In this document: one piece after another, positions 7,460 to 10,487 of the stretch | Numbering within the stretch: the first letter of the stretch is position 1 | How the letters are laid out: each line of letters opens with the position of its first letter | Notes under the pieces: generated by a model | What the model saw: the letters and a program-made list of their open reading frames with translations, nothing else | What the model was told of the DNA's origin: nothing | The model's database searches: none | Made by a program: the position numbers and the translations under genes | Assembly (NCBI GenBank): GCA_011364975.1 | Contig: RDOE01000103.1 | Location: forward strand, 1-10,487 | From: Promethearchaeota archaeon | Lineage (GTDB): Archaea; Asgardarchaeota; Lokiarchaeia; Sigyniarchaeales; SOKP01 | Length of the DNA stretch: 10,487 nucleotides | Direction of reading: 5' to 3'

Positions 7460-8695
7460 TTATTTCTTTTTTTGAGTGAGTTTAGAAAAATCAGTTATCC
7501 CAAAAATAATAATGCATATAAATAGAAGAATAGAAACATAAATAAATGCCCAGGTAAATTGATAAAGTTGATAAATCCATCCGAATATTATTGCTTCCGC
7601 CATGCCTATAAACCCTACCGAAAAATAGTAATAACCATAGGCACGACCTCTCTTATCCTTACCTGTTAAGTCTGCAATATATGCTCGAGATATAGGATCA
7701 ACAGAAGCTAAATAAAAACCGTGCATAATGTAAATAATAATAATTAGTATTATAGAGAACAGAGATTTTTCAACGGGAAATGCTAAAATTATGCATGTTG
7801 CCAATAAAGTCGTTAATCCTAGTATTATAACGGGTTTTCGGCCAACTTTATCAGAAAGTATACCTGTAAGTGGTGAAAAAAGAGTGTATATTATGTTTAG
7901 TATCAAATAAAATATTGGAATGAGATATGTAGAATTAGGCAAAATATAATCTTCAGACCTAAGAATTAGAAAAGCAACATCAAGACTTGCAAATTCAATT
8001 ACTCCAAGAATAATAATCAATTTAAGAAAATTCTTGTCAATTTTCTGCATTTTGACTTCTTGAGAGGATTTTGGCTTTTTTTTGAAAAATTCATCAGTAG
8101 AAACATCCCTGACAGGTAATAGTAAGCTGATTGCTATTAGTCCGGGTACAATAGAAAAAATTATGATCTGAGAATAAGACCATGAAATAAATAATAAAAC
8201 AAATGCGAGAAAGGAACCAAGAACTGCACCGAGTGTATCCATAGCCCTATGTAATCCAAAAGCTCTTCCCTTTTCGGTCGCATAATACGAGATTAATGCG
8301 TCTCTTGAGGAAGTTCTGAGACCTTTCCCTATTCTATCTGTTGCTTTTAAAGCTAAAACTAATTCCCATGAGACTGTAAATCCAATCAGAGGTTTGGAAA
8401 GGTTTGAAACTGTGTATCCCGCAACTATAAATGGCTTTCGCCTATTTATTTTGTCACTCATCCAACCAGTTATTCCTTTTAATATATTAGCTAAAGCATT
8501 TGAGACACCAGAGATTAAACCTAACGTTAAAGTTGTCCCGCCTATCTCGATTATAAAGAGTGGTAAGATACTCTGAATACTCTCGCTGGAAATGTCTGTA
8601 AATAATGAAACTAATCCCAAGAGGATTATTGGTAATGATACTCCAAAAATTAATTTCTCCTTTTTATTTTTTTGTGCTACAGCTTCTTCATTCAT
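7460..8695 (-). CDS. MFS transporter (12-TM, MFS_1-type)
   Basis: 411 aa, hydrophobic. MFS motif A in both halves (GWMSDKINRRKP, GILSDKVGRKP), plus 'DRIGKGLRTSSRDALI' and 'GRAFGLHRAMDTLGA'. Convergent with pepT across a 23-bp gap. Confidence 0.92.
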   Translation of the reverse strand: MNEEAVAQKNKKEKLIFGVSLPIILLGLVSLFTDISSESIQSILPLFIIEIGGTTLTLGLISGVSNALANILKGITGWMSDKINRRKPFIVAGYTVSNLSKPLIGFTVSWELVLALKATDRIGKGLRTSSRDALISYYATEKGRAFGLHRAMDTLGAVLGSFLAFVLLFISWSYSQIIIFSIVPGLIAISLLLPVRDVSTDEFFKKKPKSSQEVKMQKIDKNFLKLIIILGVIEFASLDVAFLILRSEDYILPNSTYLIPIFYLILNIIYTLFSPLTGILSDKVGRKPVIILGLTTLLATCIILAFPVEKSLFSIILIIIIYIMHGFYLASVDPISRAYIADLTGKDKRGRAYGYYYFSVGFIGMAEAIIFGWIYQLYQFTWAFIYVSILLFICIIIFGITDFSKLTQKKK

Positions 8696-8839
8696 GATAA
8701 GATTAACCTACTTAAAATTAGAAAAAAGATCTTATTCATATTATTGGCCGAGGTTTAATTTTCTGAATTTTGGATTATTTATTAATGATTTCAATCTAAT
8801 TTGAGTTTAAGAAGAGATGTTGAATTTTTTGTATATTGA

Positions 8840-10486
8840 TTATAACCCAACAAATAAATGTAAGGCTGATCCAATTCCAAGAGCATTAGATATAACTGCG
8901 GCGAAGAAAAGTTGTACTATATTAAAGGAACTAAGTATAACTGTACTAAATTTCTGAGTATTTTCATATATTAGCGTGTTTTGGATTGACGTGTATAATA
9001 AGATAAAATACATAAACATTACGGAAGGAAAGAATGACCAAGACCATGTTAATGCCATCAAATTAATATATACATAAAATATAATCAATAAAAGCCAAAT
9101 TGTTTTTTTACGTTCTTCTTTCAAAAAACTTAATCTGGGATAAATAACTTTCCGAAATAACAATTCCATAGAAAAGTATACAGGAAAAGCTACTTCAGCT
9201 ATTAATGCATGTGATAGATAATTTGAAGGCCACATAAAAGCAAAGGGATAAGAAAAACTGAAGATCAAATATATCCCTATAAAATAAAAATTACATAGTA
9301 AAACATATAATAAATATCTTAACTTAAACTCAGACTTTATCAATTCTTTAAGCTCAACCCAATCAAACCTAACTTTATCTTCTCTTAATCTTTTTAAATA
9401 ACGTATTAGTTTGAATGCAAGATAAATGATGGTTATATTTAATGAAGCAAAGAATATTCCAAGAAATCCAAAAAATCGCTCAAATAATTGCCAATTTAGA
9501 AGAAATATAGAAGTATAGACAAATATTTGAAAGATCTCTGAAAATTTCCGAGGAAAAGAAGTACGAACTTCATTACTTAATAATATTTTTCTTTTTGTTT
9601 CTTGTTTAACTACAAAGAATTTTGAGGTATAAGCAATCAAATTTAAAATAATCAATACCAATAATCCCAAAGAGATAAAGATTACAATATAATTTATAAT
9701 ATAGGTTATCCTAATCGGTCCATTTATAGTTTCAGAATTGAAAAAATAGCTTTCAAACCAATTTATCGATTCAATAATAACACGATCAGTAAATAACTGA
9801 TGTCCTCCACCAATTAATGGTTCAGTTATCGCGATTACCGTACATCCGGTTAGATTTTGAGCAACAAGAGCCTGAGAAGAAAAATCTAATGCTTCATCAT
9901 TTACATGCATTATTATTAATAAATTAAATGTATTAGTAGAATTAATTAAATTAACGGGAATATATGGTTCAAATCCAGCGACATTAAAGATACCCATTTG
10001 TTGAGGAACAAAATTTACTAAAGGGGCCCATGCAACAGTAATATTAAACCGTGAATCTAAAGCTTGGTTCATCAAAACTACCATACCACCAAGTGAGTGT
10101 CCGATCAATCCAATCTGAGAAGTATTAACATTGCTATAAAAAGGTAGCGTTTCCAACTTATCTAATAACTTCGAACAATCTTGTGCTAAAGCGGGAATAT
10201 GATTAGAGGGATTAATATTATTGATATTTCCTCCACTCTCCCCATGTCCTTGATAATCTAGTGCTGCAATGTAAAAACCTCTTTTAGTAAATTCAATTGG
10301 AATACGTAGATCGAAATCCCTTTGACTACCAATCCCATGACAATAGATGATTAATGGGGATTTTTCTTGAATATCAATCTCTTTTGATGGATAATATAGG
10401 TTAGCATATAATGTTACCCCCGATGATTGGAATGATACTCTTTCATATCGCTCGTAACTTACGGATTTTCCGATATATAAATAGAT
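8840..10486 (-). CDS. Membrane-bound alpha/beta-fold serine hydrolase, 5'-partial (at least 548 aa; start lies beyond the window)
   Basis: Manual translation shows the frame is open for 110 more codons upstream of the ORF-track start at 10156: ...VSFQSSGVTLYANLYYP...PLIIYCHGIGS...GFYIAALDYQGHGESGG... Nucleophile elbow GHSLGG at 10085-10102, candidate Asp (VNDEAL) and His (GGGHQL), followed by a multi-pass TM C-terminal region. Confidence 0.88.
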   Translation of the reverse strand: MYLYIGKSVSYERYERVSFQSSGVTLYANLYYPSKEIDIQEKSPLIIYCHGIGSQRDFDLRIPIEFTKRGFYIAALDYQGHGESGGNINNINPSNHIPALAQDCSKLLDKLETLPFYSNVNTSQIGLIGHSLGGMVVLMNQALDSRFNITVAWAPLVNFVPQQMGIFNVAGFEPYIPVNLINSTNTFNLLIIMHVNDEALDFSSQALVAQNLTGCTVIAITEPLIGGGHQLFTDRVIIESINWFESYFFNSETINGPIRITYIINYIVIFISLGLLVLIILNLIAYTSKFFVVKQETKRKILLSNEVRTSFPRKFSEIFQIFVYTSIFLLNWQLFERFFGFLGIFFASLNITIIYLAFKLIRYLKRLREDKVRFDWVELKELIKSEFKLRYLLYVLLCNFYFIGIYLIFSFSYPFAFMWPSNYLSHALIAEVAFPVYFSMELLFRKVIYPRLSFLKEERKKTIWLLLIIFYVYINLMALTWSWSFFPSVMFMYFILLYTSIQNTLIYENTQKFSTVILSSFNIVQLFFAAVISNALGIGSALHLFVGL

Positions 10487-10487
10487 A

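Noticed and set aside
8394-8804. Two short plus-strand ORFs (60 and 70 aa)
   Set aside because: Largely antisense to the MFS gene; no motifs or independent support.

Overview
AT-rich archaeal window; the archaeal-type RFC genes plus the gene style suggest an Asgard/Lokiarchaeia-like genome, which is an inference. The left part is a compact, co-oriented four-gene cluster: a GNAT acetyltransferase, a canonical RFC small subunit, a divergent second RFC small subunit and an RFC large subunit. The second small subunit keeps Walker A and the SRC arginine finger but has lost Walker B, sensor-1 and sensor-2 and carries a ~28-aa insertion. The large subunit has a long insertion before Walker A and no C-terminal PIP box. 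Together these point to a three-paralogue heteromeric clamp loader with a dedicated non-hydrolysing subunit, reminiscent of eukaryotic RFC-E or bacterial delta-prime. The rest is metabolic/transport: a solitary ECF S-component, a crotonase-family enzyme with an atypical active site, peptidase T, a convergent MFS transporter, and a 5'-truncated membrane-bound alpha/beta hydrolase whose C-terminal membrane domain resembles a degenerate CPBP/Abi protease. No RNA genes, CRISPR arrays or mobile elements were recognised.
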